Assembly: GCA_963796315.1 (NCBI GenBank)
Contig: CAWCLH010000020.1
Span: forward strand, 289,879 to 353,878
Length of the DNA stretch: 64,000 nucleotides
Direction of reading: 5' to 3'
Origin: an uncultured Actinomycetota bacterium
GTDB lineage: Bacteria; Actinomycetota; Thermoleophilia; RBG-16-64-13
The notes below the pieces were generated by a model that had not been told where the DNA came from, made no database searches, and saw only the letters and a list, made by a program, of their open reading frames with translations. Of the stretch, positions 20,817 through 29,829 are shown piece by piece. Numbering within the stretch: position 1 is the stretch's first letter; every line of letters starts with the position of its first letter. Position numbers and translations under genes: made by a program.

Positions 20817-22284
20817 ATGACGTACCTCCGCTACCTCGCCCTCGGCGGGTTCAAGAGCTTCCGCGACTGGAGCCTGCTGGAACTGTCGCCGGCGGTCAAC
20901 GTGATCGTGGGCGGCAACGGCACGGGCAAGAGCACGTTGGTGGAGGCGCTCCTCTGGTGCCTGGGGGAGGAGGACCTGGCGGCCCTGCGCGCCCGGGGAG
21001 CGGACGACCTGCTCTATCGCCCGCCGGCTCGGCCGGCCCAGCGCGATCAGGAGATCGCCCGGCAATCCCTGTTCACGCACGGCGCGGAGGAACGCAGGGC
21101 GGCCCAGGAGGCGACTTGGGCCGCGGAAGCCGCTGGGGTGGAGGAAGCCCGGGTCTACCTGGTGCTGGGGGACGAGAGCGAGCCTGGAGGGGACGCCCCC
21201 GCGGATGAGGAGGCGGACGGGTGTTGTTGCCGGGACACCTCGGCTTCCCGCACCGACCTGCCCCCGGGGAGTCGCCACCGTCGGTCGCACGATCCGGCGG
21301 GACGGCGAGGGAACGCGTCTGCTCGACGGCGAGCCTGCCTCCGAAGAGGCGGTGGCCCAGGCACTTCGACCGTACGGGTTCGACCGCTCGCTGGTGTCGG
21401 TGGTCCGCCAAGGGGAGCTCGAGCGGTTCTTGGTCGCCGGTCCGGCCCTCCGTGCCCGTATCCTGGCCGAATCCGCGGGGATCGAGCTGCGGAGCGAGAG
21501 CCGTCCGCGCTCCGGCCACCCCGGCGATGGGGCGGCGACCGATCGGGAGCGCCTGGTCCGCGCCTGGCTGCGGGAGGACGGGGTGGACCCCGGCCCCGTC
21601 GGCGGCGCGGAGGCGCTGCTGGCGTTGTTGGGCCTCAGTCCTGCGGATGCCGATGCCGGCGGGTCCGGCCGTGCCGAGTCGGAGACGGTGCGCGGGCAGT
21701 TGACGGAGGCGCAGGCTCGGGTCGAGGACCGGTTCCGGCGGTTCTTCCAGCTCTTGGTGCCTGGGGGCGACGTGGCCCTGCCTCTCGAGCTGCCGGAGGA
21801 GCTGGACCGCGCCACCCTCGACGTCCGCGTGGCCTTCCCCTCCGGCGATTGGGAGCCGCTGGAAGGACTCTCCGGCGGCCAGCGCGCGCTGGCCGCCTTC
21901 TCCCTGGGGTTGGCCTTCTTCCTGGAGGCGCCCTCCCGGCTCCTGATCCTGGACGAGGTGGAGCCGGCGCTGGACGAGTCCAACCTCAAGCGCTTCAACG
22001 AGGTGCTCCACGAGGTGGCCCAGAGCCGCCAGGTGATCGTGGTCAGCCACCAGCGGCGCACCAAGGACGTGGGCGATGTGGTCTTCGGCGTGGACCACGG
22101 GGGCTTCGGCGCCTCCACGCTGCACTTCCGTTTCGAACCCGCCACCAAGAAGCTGCTGGTCTTCGGACGCGTGCGCGGCAACTGGCTCGAGCGGACGGCG
22201 GCATTGGGCGGTGAACCGGGGGACGTCTTCGACGCCGGGGCGGCCTCGGCGGAGCCGGGCCCGAATGGCGGCTCCTGTTGCTGA
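20817..22284 (+). CDS. Arm-less SMC-like ABC ATPase A (both head lobes, no coiled coil or hinge), about 488 aa; one apparent frameshift at about 21220
   Basis: N lobe: MTYLRYLALGGFKSF, Walker A VIVGGNGTGKST, VGRTIRRDGEGTRLLDGE, Q-loop VVRQGE (ORFs 20817.. and 21205..22284). C lobe: LSGGQRALAAFSL, LLILDEVEPALDESNLKRF, QVIVVSHQ. Confidence 0.8.
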
Positions 22285-23536
22285 GCATCCAGCGCCTCGT
22301 CCTCCGCGACTTCAAGAGCTTCGCCGGCACCCAGGAGGTGGAGTTCGCGCCGGGGGTCTCCGTGATCGTGGGGCGCAACGCGTCCGGCAAGAGCAACCTG
22401 GTGGACGCGCTTCGTTGGGTCTTCGGCGAAGACCATCTGTCGTCGCTGCGGGTGAGGTCGGCGGGGGAGCTGGTGCACCGGGGGGAGCGAGACGGGCTCG
22501 ACCTGCCGGAGACGGTTGCGAGGTCACGGCGGTCCTCCGCGACGCCGCCGGACAGGACGTGCCGGTCACCCGCCGCCTGCAAGGGGGAGGGGAGTCGCTG
22601 CTCGTGGCCGGGGAGGCGCTCGACCGGCCCGCGTTCCTGCAGCGGCTGCGCCGGCTGGGCCTCACCGCGCCCCTGGCCACCGTCATCCGGCAGGGCGACG
22701 TCGGGCGGGCGCTGTGGCTGCATCCCCGCGAACGGACGGAGCTCTTCCTGGAGCATCTGGGGGAGGGACCGCCGCCTCGGTCGCCCGCGTCGCCCGGTCC
22801 GCGGTCCGCGGGACTCGAACGACGGTTGGAGCGGGAGCGATCGACCCTGCTCGCCTCGCTCGCCGCCCAGAGCCGGGCCCGGTCCGCCGACTCGTCCCCG
22901 GCATTCCGGGCGATGCTCGCCGGCCTGCACCTGCCGGCTCCCGCGGCGACGCCACCCTCGCCGGGGCAGCAGAGAGAGGTGGTGGCCGGTCTCCTCGCCC
23001 TGGAGGATCCGTCATGGAAGGCTGCCACCGGCGTTGGGCCGGACCGGGCGGCCGCGTTGGACCGGGTACACCGCCGGATCGAAGGCCACTTCCGGTCGTA
23101 CCTGGCCACGCTCGTCCCGGGCGCGTCCGCGTCGCTGCCGGTGGTGCCACCCTCGGCCGCGGGGGAACTGCCGGGGATCGGGCTGGCCGTCACGTTCCCC
23201 CGGCGTCCGGCGGTGCACGTGGACGCCCTCTCCGGGGGGCAGCAGGTGACCGTCGGACTGTGCCTGGCTCTGGCTGCGTTTCGAGAGATGCCCTCGCCCG
23301 CCCTGGTCTTGGACGAGGTGGAGCCGGCCCTGGACGACACCATGATCCGCCGGGTCTCGGACCTGCTCCACGAGGTGGGGGCCGAGCGGCAGGTGATCGC
23401 GGTGAGCCACCAACGGCTGATGCGGTACACGGCCGACACCGTCTATCAGTTGGAGCGGGCCCCGGGAGGGGGCAGCCGGGTGGTCTTCCGGTACGATCCG
23501 CGGGCGCTGCGAGGACCTTCGGCTCCGCCGGGCTGA
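22278..23536 (+). CDS. Arm-less SMC-like ABC ATPase B, about 419 aa; one apparent frameshift at about 22512
   Basis: TTG 22278 overlaps the stop of gene A by 7 nt. MLSIQRLVLRDFKSF, Walker A VIVGRNASGKSN, VTRRLQGGGESLLVAGE, VIRQGD. C lobe in ORF 22076..23536: LSGGQQVTVGLCL, ALVLDEVEPALDDTMIRR, QVIAVSHQ. Confidence 0.8.
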
Positions 23537-23720
23537 CCCCACCCCCGGCCTTCGCACTTTTGTCCGGACGGACGAAGATCGCTCCGATTGCTGCCATTCC
23601 TCCGGATCCGGCCCTAGACTGCGCCCGCCTCCTTCCCCCCAGGCAGAGGTGTGGCGGAGCGGTCGCGCTCGGGCGCGGGACCGCCACGGCCCGCAGTCTC
23701 ATCAAAGGAATGCGAACTCC

Positions 23721-24209
23721 ATGCACCAGCCCTTCGACGCGCTCTACCGAGAGCACCACGACGCAGTGCTGCGCTACTTTCTCCGCACCACCAAGAGCCT
23801 CGAGGACGCCGAAGACCTGACCAGCCACGTGTTCGAGAAGGCCTGGCGGGCGTACCGCGGCTTCGAGGACCGAGGCAACAAGGGCGCGCACTGGCTCGCC
23901 CGGATAAGCCGGAACGTCCTGATCGATCACTGGCGGCGGGCGCGGCCGCCGCGCGTCGCCCTCGATGAGGCCCTGCTCGTGGACGAGCGGGCCGACTGCG
24001 AACGCCATCTCTACCGAAGCGACCTTCGCCGTCGGCTGCTCCGCGCCCTCAACGCGCTGACGCCCACCCAGCGGGACGTGGTCCTCTACCGCTGGGTCCA
24101 CGAGTTGAGCATCATCGAAACGGGGGAGCGGCTGGGTATGTCCAGCCTGGCCGTGCGCGCCGCACAGCAACGGGCTTTTTCCACGCTGAGGCTGGCGCTG
24201 GCCGTCTGA
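23721..24209 (+). CDS. ECF-type sigma-70 family RNA polymerase sigma factor
   Basis: ATG 23721 after AAAGGAA. Region 2 (LYREHHDAVLRYFL..DAEDLTSHVFEKAW, WLARISRNVLIDHWRR) and region 4 HTH (LTPTQRDVVLYRWVHELSIIETGERLGMSSLAVRAAQQRA). Confidence 0.85.
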   Translation: MHQPFDALYREHHDAVLRYFLRTTKSLEDAEDLTSHVFEKAWRAYRGFEDRGNKGAHWLARISRNVLIDHWRRARPPRVALDEALLVDERADCERHLYRSDLRRRLLRALNALTPTQRDVVLYRWVHELSIIETGERLGMSSLAVRAAQQRAFSTLRLALAV

Positions 24210-24371
24210 CCCAGCACGTCAGCGCCCCTCTCCGGCTGCGCGGTATCATGGAGTTGGTGACAGACCGTGCTGCTGGGGTCCTCGAGTCGCGCCGCCCTCT
24301 GCCGGATGCTGTGAGTTGCCGGTATGTGGGGATATCCTCAGTACCGTAACCGCGGACAAGGATGGCCGGAC

Positions 24372-25511
24372 GTGGAGGAACGACCGTTTCTGGTGGAAGA
24401 CCTCGAGGCGGTCCTGGAGCAGCAGGCCCCCCGCCGCTTCGCCGAGGCGTGGGACAACGTGGGCCGGCTGGTGGGACATCGCAGCGCCTCCGTCGACCAG
24501 GTGCTGGTCGCCCTCGATCTGACCGAAGACGTGGTGGTGGAGGCGACGAACGCCGGCTACCACGCCATCATCACGCACCATCCCCTGATCTTTCGCCCCC
24601 TCCGGCGGGTGACCGACCACGATCGGGTGGGCCTGCTGGTCACCCAACTCATCCACGCCGACATCGCCCTGATCGCCCTCCACACCAACCTGGACGCGGC
24701 ACCCGGCGGGCTGAACGACCTCGTGGCCGCGGAATTGGGGCTGCTCCACACCGTCCCCTTGGTGCGGGCGCCGGCCGAATGGAAGAAGCTGGTGGGCTTC
24801 ATCCCCCCGGATGCTCTGGATCGGGTCAGCCAGGCGGTCTTCGCCGCCGGCGCGGGCCGGATCGGAGCCTACAGCGGCTGCGCCTTCCAGGCGAGCGGGG
24901 AGGGGACGTTCACTCCCCTGCCCGGGGCGCAACCCCATGCCGGGGTGGTCGGGCGGCGCGAGGAGGTCCACGAGGTGCGCTGGGAGACCGTCGTCCCCGC
25001 CGATTCCGTGGACGCCGTCGTCGTCGCCTTCCTGTCGGCGCATCCCTACGAGGAGCCGGCCTTCGACGTGTACCCGGTGGAGAACGTCGCCGTCCGTGGC
25101 GGGATGGGCCGCGTGGGCGCTCCCCACACCCGGCTCCCACTGGCCTCCCAGGCAGAAGCGGCGGCCGAGGCGTTCGGCCTAAGCCAGGTGGCCTACAGCG
25201 GAGACCCCGACCGCGTGATCGACAAGGTGGCGGTGGTCACCGGGAGCGGGGCGGGTCTCATCGAGGAGGCGGCCCGAGTGGCGGACGTCCTGATCACCGG
25301 CGACCTCAAGTACCATGACGCGGAGCGCGCCTCCGACCTAGGGCTGGCGCTGATCCAGGTGCCGCACGACCACCTCGAGACCTGGGCCATGCGGATGTGG
25401 ACGCGACGGCTGAGGACGGCGCTGGCTCCCTGGGGGGTCGAGGCCCGTTTTTCGACCGCCGGCCGCTCGCCGTGGCGACAGGCCCACACGGTGTCGTCGC
25501 GGGAACGGTGA
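24372..25511 (+). CDS. Nif3-like dinuclear metal centre protein (YbgI/GTP cyclohydrolase 1 type 2 homolog family)
   Basis: ORF 24324..25511. WDNVGRLVG, AIITHHPLIF, ALHTNLDAAPGGLND and DLKYHD motifs. The start (GTG 24372 or ATG 24324) is uncertain. Confidence 0.8.
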   Translation: MEERPFLVEDLEAVLEQQAPRRFAEAWDNVGRLVGHRSASVDQVLVALDLTEDVVVEATNAGYHAIITHHPLIFRPLRRVTDHDRVGLLVTQLIHADIALIALHTNLDAAPGGLNDLVAAELGLLHTVPLVRAPAEWKKLVGFIPPDALDRVSQAVFAAGAGRIGAYSGCAFQASGEGTFTPLPGAQPHAGVVGRREEVHEVRWETVVPADSVDAVVVAFLSAHPYEEPAFDVYPVENVAVRGGMGRVGAPHTRLPLASQAEAAAEAFGLSQVAYSGDPDRVIDKVAVVTGSGAGLIEEAARVADVLITGDLKYHDAERASDLGLALIQVPHDHLETWAMRMWTRRLRTALAPWGVEARFSTAGRSPWRQAHTVSSRER

Positions 25512-25611
25512 GGCCAAGACCCTCGACGACGAGGACCGGCTCGTCCCCTTGTTCGACGTGGGCGATGCGGGTGGGGGGGTAGTCGCGGAATCGGGCTCGA
25601 CGGAGGGGACG

Positions 25612-26041
25612 ATGCAGGGAGAGCTGGGGGACGAGCCATCGGTGTACCTGCTCCGGGTCGACGGCGGCTCCCGCGGGAACCCCGGACCCAGCGCCATCGG
25701 CGTGGTGTTGGAGGACGACCAGGGCAACATCGTGGAGGAGATCGGCGCCCGCATCGGCTATGCCACCAACAACGTCGCCGAGTACCAGGCCTTGATCACC
25801 GGTCTGGAGACCGGCGCTGGACCGCGGGGTGCGCCGCCTCCGCATCCTCTCCGATTCCCTGCTGCTGGTACGCCAGCTCCGCGGCGAGTTCAAGGTGAAG
25901 AACGCGCAGCTCAAGGAGCTGTACTTCCAGGCGCGGTCGTTCGTCCAGCAATTCGAGCGCGTGGAGATCCGGCACGTGCCCCGGGAGGACAACACCGCCG
26001 CCGACGCCTTGGTCAACAAGGCGCTGGACGGCCGTTTGTAG
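25612..26041 (+). CDS. rnhA: Ribonuclease HI-family protein; one apparent frameshift at about 25812
   Basis: VDGGSRGNPGPSAIG and NNVAEYQALITGLE in ORF 25549..26076. It continues as RRLRILSDSLLLVRQL...REDNTAADALVNKAL in ORF 25829..26041 (DEDD catalytic residues). Confidence 0.8.
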
Positions 26042-26054
26042 CGGTCGCCCAGGT

Positions 26055-26084
26055 TTGCATCCCGCGACTGGGCTGAGCTATAAT
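26055..26084 (+). promoter_or_regulatory. Promoter for the tRNA-Gly/Cys pair (TTGCAT-N18-TATAAT)
   Basis: TTGCAT at 26055..26060 and TATAAT at 26079..26084; tRNA-Gly starts at 26126. Confidence 0.6.
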
Positions 26085-26125
26085 CCTTGCCTCCGGCGGG
26101 TCCACCGCGGTCCGTCGGGTGTTGC

Positions 26126-26199
26126 GCGGATGTAGCTCAGTTGGCTAGAGCGTCTGCTTGCCATGCAGAAGGTCGAGGGTTCGAATCCCTTCATCCGCT
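26126..26199 (+). tRNA. tRNA-Gly (anticodon GCC)
   Basis: Acceptor GCGGATG/CATCCGC, D arm GCTC-AGTTGGCTA-GAGC, anticodon stem TCTGC/GCAGA with loop TTGCCAT, T arm GAGGG-TTCGAAT-CCCTT, discriminator U. Confidence 0.9.
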
Positions 26200-26251
26200 C
26201 CTTCACGGATATGGTGCGCGGGGCCTGCGGGGCCCCGTTCGCGTCTTCCGG

Positions 26252-26323
26252 GGCGCCGTGGCCGAGTGGCTTAGGCACGGGTCTGCAAAACCCGATACAC
26301 CGGTTCGATTCCGGTCGGCGCCT
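26252..26323 (+). tRNA. tRNA-Cys (anticodon GCA)
   Basis: Acceptor GGCGCCG/CGGCGCC, anticodon stem CGGGT/ACCCG with loop CTGCAAA, T arm ACCGG-TTCGATT-CCGGT, discriminator U. Confidence 0.9.
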
Positions 26324-26493
26324 CTCCCTTCTTGTCGCCTCAGCGAAGCGCAGAACTAGACCAAGGTCCGGGGTACGTCCGGCGCTTCCTCTATTACTCT
26401 CCTCGTAGACGGCTTGTTGTTTCAGGCTAGTGGCTGCTGGGCAACTCTTCCGCAACGATGTGTTCGCCGCGTTGAACTAAGGGACGGACGAGC

Positions 26494-26934
26494 ATGGGTC
26501 TACTCCGCAGACTCCGAGATGGAGAAGACGATCACATTCGATTCCTTGTCGATCTGGGGATCGGCATCGGCACGCTGGACATGCCTCACGGCCCTGACGG
26601 CCCGTACGCCAGTTGGCTCTTCTGGGGACCGGGCTGGTGGCTCGACGAGAGTCGAATCGTGGAGATCGAATTGCGGTTTAGCCAGGCTTGGGATGAGTCG
26701 GGAAGCGTCACGGGCGAGCCGGGAGATGGACTGGCGGGTGCCGAGAGCATCGAAGAGCGCCTGTCGCTGATCCAGTCGATGTGGCACGAACGCGCGGCGA
26801 GCAACCCGGAGAAATACCAGAAGGTTCTGCAGGCACACCGCCGACTGGCTGAAGCGATCGCCGCCCAGAAGCCAAGGACCAACCGTGTGTCGAAGTGGGA
26901 AGGCGTCCACTACTGGCTGCACTACTCCCCCTAG
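26494..26934 (+). CDS. Hypothetical protein (146 aa), no recognisable family
   Basis: ATG 26494 after AAGGGA. Lies in a lower-GC patch between tRNA-Cys and its 3'-half copy. Confidence 0.45.
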   Translation: MGLLRRLRDGEDDHIRFLVDLGIGIGTLDMPHGPDGPYASWLFWGPGWWLDESRIVEIELRFSQAWDESGSVTGEPGDGLAGAESIEERLSLIQSMWHERAASNPEKYQKVLQAHRRLAEAIAAQKPRTNRVSKWEGVHYWLHYSP

Positions 26935-26950
26935 GAGAGGTCAACCTCCA

Positions 26951-26986
26951 GAACCGCGACACATCACTTCGATGCCGGTCGGCGCC
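26951..26986 (+). repeat. Degenerate copy of the 3' half of tRNA-Cys (att-like direct repeat)
   Basis: 26968..26986 TTCGATGCCGGTCGGCGCC versus tRNA-Cys 26304..26322 TTCGATTCCGGTCGGCGCC (18/19). Weaker similarity extends about 17 nt further 5'. Confidence 0.75.
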
Positions 26987-27032
26987 GCTTTCGGACTCCC
27001 CGCAGCGTGTGGGCCGGCATCGGCGTCCGCCC

Positions 27033-27884
27033 TAGATGATCTCCATGAACCCGCTCCGCTCGGCGGCGAAGAGCATCTCGCGGATGTCGTCGTAGCGGGC
27101 GTCGTCCACCGCGACGAACCGCTCCACGAAGCCATAGGCCAAGGCTTTCCGTGCCGCAGGCGTCTTCGTGGAGGTGAAGGAGCACCTCCCGGAGGCGGGT
27201 CTTCAGCTTTGCCGGCAGGCGGCTTGCGGCGACCACCGGTTGGATGGTCGAGGGACCGAAGGTGTCGACCACCCGCAGCTGCTCCGATAGATCGGGGTGC
27301 TCGCGGAGCTCCACGGCCAACACCTGGGAGTCGATGGCGGCGCCGTCGACGATGCCCTCGGCCACCATGCGCATGCAGCGTTGATGCGAGCCCCCCTCGA
27401 TGACCCGGGAGAAGAAGCCCTTCGTCTCGCCCCGCCGGATCAGCTCATAACGCGTGAGGTTGTAGCCCGAATGGGAGTCACGGTCGTTGTACGCCCAGCT
27501 CCGACCACGCAGGTCGGCGAAGGAGCGGGCGGGCGAGCTCTGCTGAACGACGACATCCGAAAAATAGATGGGCTCTCCCCGGTAGCGCTCTCCTGCGAGG
27601 ACCGGGGCGGCCAGCAACTCGATGGGAGGAGGTTCCCGGCGCACCAGCCGGACGTAGGGCAGCCCTCAGAGGAAGCCGATGTCCACCTCGCCGCGCTGGA
27701 ACTGCTCGAAGGACCGCCCGACGACGAGGGTCGTCGCCACCCCAAGCCGTTCTCCCGCGGCCGTGGCGAGGAAACGGTAGACGGGCTCCATGTTCGGCGC
27801 CAGATAGGTCGCGAAACGTAACGCGCCGGTCATCTGCACCCCCGCAGTAGTCGTCACCTGTCTCGCCTGCATTGTAGATGGCAC
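27033..27884 (-). pseudogene. PhnD/phosphonate-type ABC substrate-binding protein, decayed (in-frame TGA plus a frameshift); no transporter partners nearby
   Basis: ORF 27666..27884 ends GEVDIGFL-TGA(27666..27668)-GLPYVRL and continues in ORF 26964..27644 (YFSDVVV, WAYNDRDSHSGYN, GAAIDSQVL). The C-terminus (GFVERFVAVDDARYDDIREMLFAAERSGFMEII, stop 27033..27035) is in a third frame. Confidence 0.7.
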
Positions 27885-28177
27885 CGAAGGCGTTCGTCCG
27901 CCGGGCTCTTCGCGAGGAGCGCGGCCTGGGTCAGTCCCTCGTCCCAGAGGCGTGTGTCGGCTCTGCCTTGAATACTCGGCCTGCGCGATGATGGGTCAGA
28001 CACGCACCTGAGGGTATACTAATCAGCGGCGATGGAGTCCGCCCAACCGCGGTTAGCCGCTGATGACCCCTCCTTGATGGACTGAGCGGACAGCAAGGAA
28101 GGGGGCTGAGGTCGTGCAGGGCCGAAGGTGGCGGGACTCTCGATGCGGCCCCACTCGAATCAGCTACGGCTCGACTC

Positions 28178-29829
28178 TTGTCTCTGGTGTCGGAGTACGA
28201 ACTGGTCCCGCTGCTCCGTCCGGTGGAGGCGGCGCGCGGTGCCCTGAACGACCCCGCCCTGCTTACCGTCGCGGTCGTCGGGCGTTTCAAGGCAGGGAAG
28301 AGCTCCTTTCTGAACCACCTGATCGGCCGCCCGCTCCTTCCCGCGGACGTACTTCCCGCCACGGCCGTCGTCACGCACCTGCGGTACGGGGCCGCCGATC
28401 GAGCCTTGGTCCGGTACTTGGACGGCCGCTGCTCCCCGGTGAAGCTTGACGCGGTGGCCGACTTCGTCACCGAGCGCCTGAATCCCGACAACGCTAAGGG
28501 CGTGGGCGCGGTCGAGCTCGAACTGGATTCGCTCGCGCCGTACGAGGGTCTGCGCTTGGTCGACACCCCCGGGCTCGGCAGCGTCTTCACGCACAACACG
28601 CGCACATCCATGGACTGGCTCCCGGAAGTGGGAGTCGCGCTGGTCGCGATGAGCGTCGACCCGCCCTTGGGCGAGGGGGACCTCCGGTTGTTGGCCGACG
28701 TGGCCGCGTTTACGCCCGAGCTCGTCGTCCTTCTCACCAAGGTGACCTGGTCGCGCGGTCCGAGCTCGAGCGGGTGGTGGGATTCGTACAGGACCAGATC
28801 GAGGAGCGTCTGGCGTGTCGACCGACGGTGCTCCCCTTCGCCATCCTTCCCGGCTACGAGGAGGAACGCCGGCGGGTCGGCGACTACCTCGCCCGTCTCG
28901 TGACCTCCGGGGAGGGGACAGGCCGAGCGATCGTGATCCACAAGCTGAACCACGTCCTCGAGGAGGCGGAACAGTACCTGCGAGTGAGCCTGGCGGCTGC
29001 GTTGGCCACCGACGAGGCGCGCCGCGGGCTGGCCGCGCTCGTGGCACAGGAACGCACCCACGTGGAGCAGGGGCGGCGCGAGCTTCGGGTCCTGGGCGGC
29101 GACCTGCGGATCCGGGCCCGGGACGAGGCCACTCGGCTGTTCCGCGAGCGGCGCGGCGAGATCGCACATGGTCTCGAGGAGCAGTTCGATGCGCACGCCC
29201 CCAGCTGGCGCGGGCACCTTCGAAAGACCATGATCGCCTATCGACGCTGGCTCGAGGAGGCACTGGAGCCGGTGCTCCTCCGAGTGTCGCACGAGAACGA
29301 GGACGCCCTTTCCGAGTACGTGGTCGAGGCAGCCCGGAGCTTCACCCGACTGGTGGCCGCGTTCCAGGACCGCATGGCGGCCGACCTGGAGGCGGCGCTG
29401 GGCCTGCGCCTTCCGAGGACCGAGTTCGAGCCGTTGGTCGACGAGCCGGAACGGCCCGACATCCGGACGGACCGTCCCCTGGACACGTCCATCGAGCTCC
29501 TCTGGTTCCTGGTCCCCATGCCGGTCTTTCGAGCGTTGGTGCTGCACCGCTTTCGCGGACAGCTCCCCTGGGAGACGGAGAAGAACCTCGTGCGCCTGGC
29601 CGGGCAGTGGTCGGACGCCGTGGGCCAGTCGATCGAGCAGATGACCCAGCAGGCCGAGATATTCATCGCCGAGGAGCTGGCGTTGGTCGAGCGATTGCTC
29701 GCGGAGCCCGAAGGGAGCCGCGCGCGGCTGGAGGCGGCACTGGGCGAGCTTGGGACCCTGCGGGAGACTCTCGCAGAGCACGAAGCGGCGCGCCTCCTCA
29801 GGCGGGATACCCCTCGATCGGCCCCGTGA
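28178..29829 (+). CDS. Dynamin-family (bacterial dynamin-like) GTPase, about 550 aa; one apparent frameshift at about 28753
   Basis: G1 VVGRFKAGKSSFLNHL, G2 region PATAV, G3 LVDTPGLGS. G4 TKVD is restored across the break (LLTKV/DLVARSELERVVGFV). A long helical stalk follows in ORF 28774..29829. The start is TTG 28178 or GTG 28187. Confidence 0.75.

Noticed and set aside
19899-22478. An 859-aa minus-strand ORF, plus similar long antisense or alternate-frame ORFs (for example 27931..29781, 32380..34176, 49008..50489, 61680..62960, 10350..11363 and 23190..24170).
   Set aside because: They are Arg/Pro/Gly/Ala-rich with no recognisable motifs. They lie opposite or out of frame to genes with strong family signatures. 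Long stop-free antisense frames are expected at this GC content.
27666-27668. The in-frame TGA in the PhnD-like gene as a possible selenocysteine codon.
   Set aside because: The position corresponds to a structural Gly/Cys in a periplasmic binding-protein fold with no redox role. No SECIS-like hairpin follows, and the gene carries a further frame break and lacks partners. A nonsense mutation is more likely.
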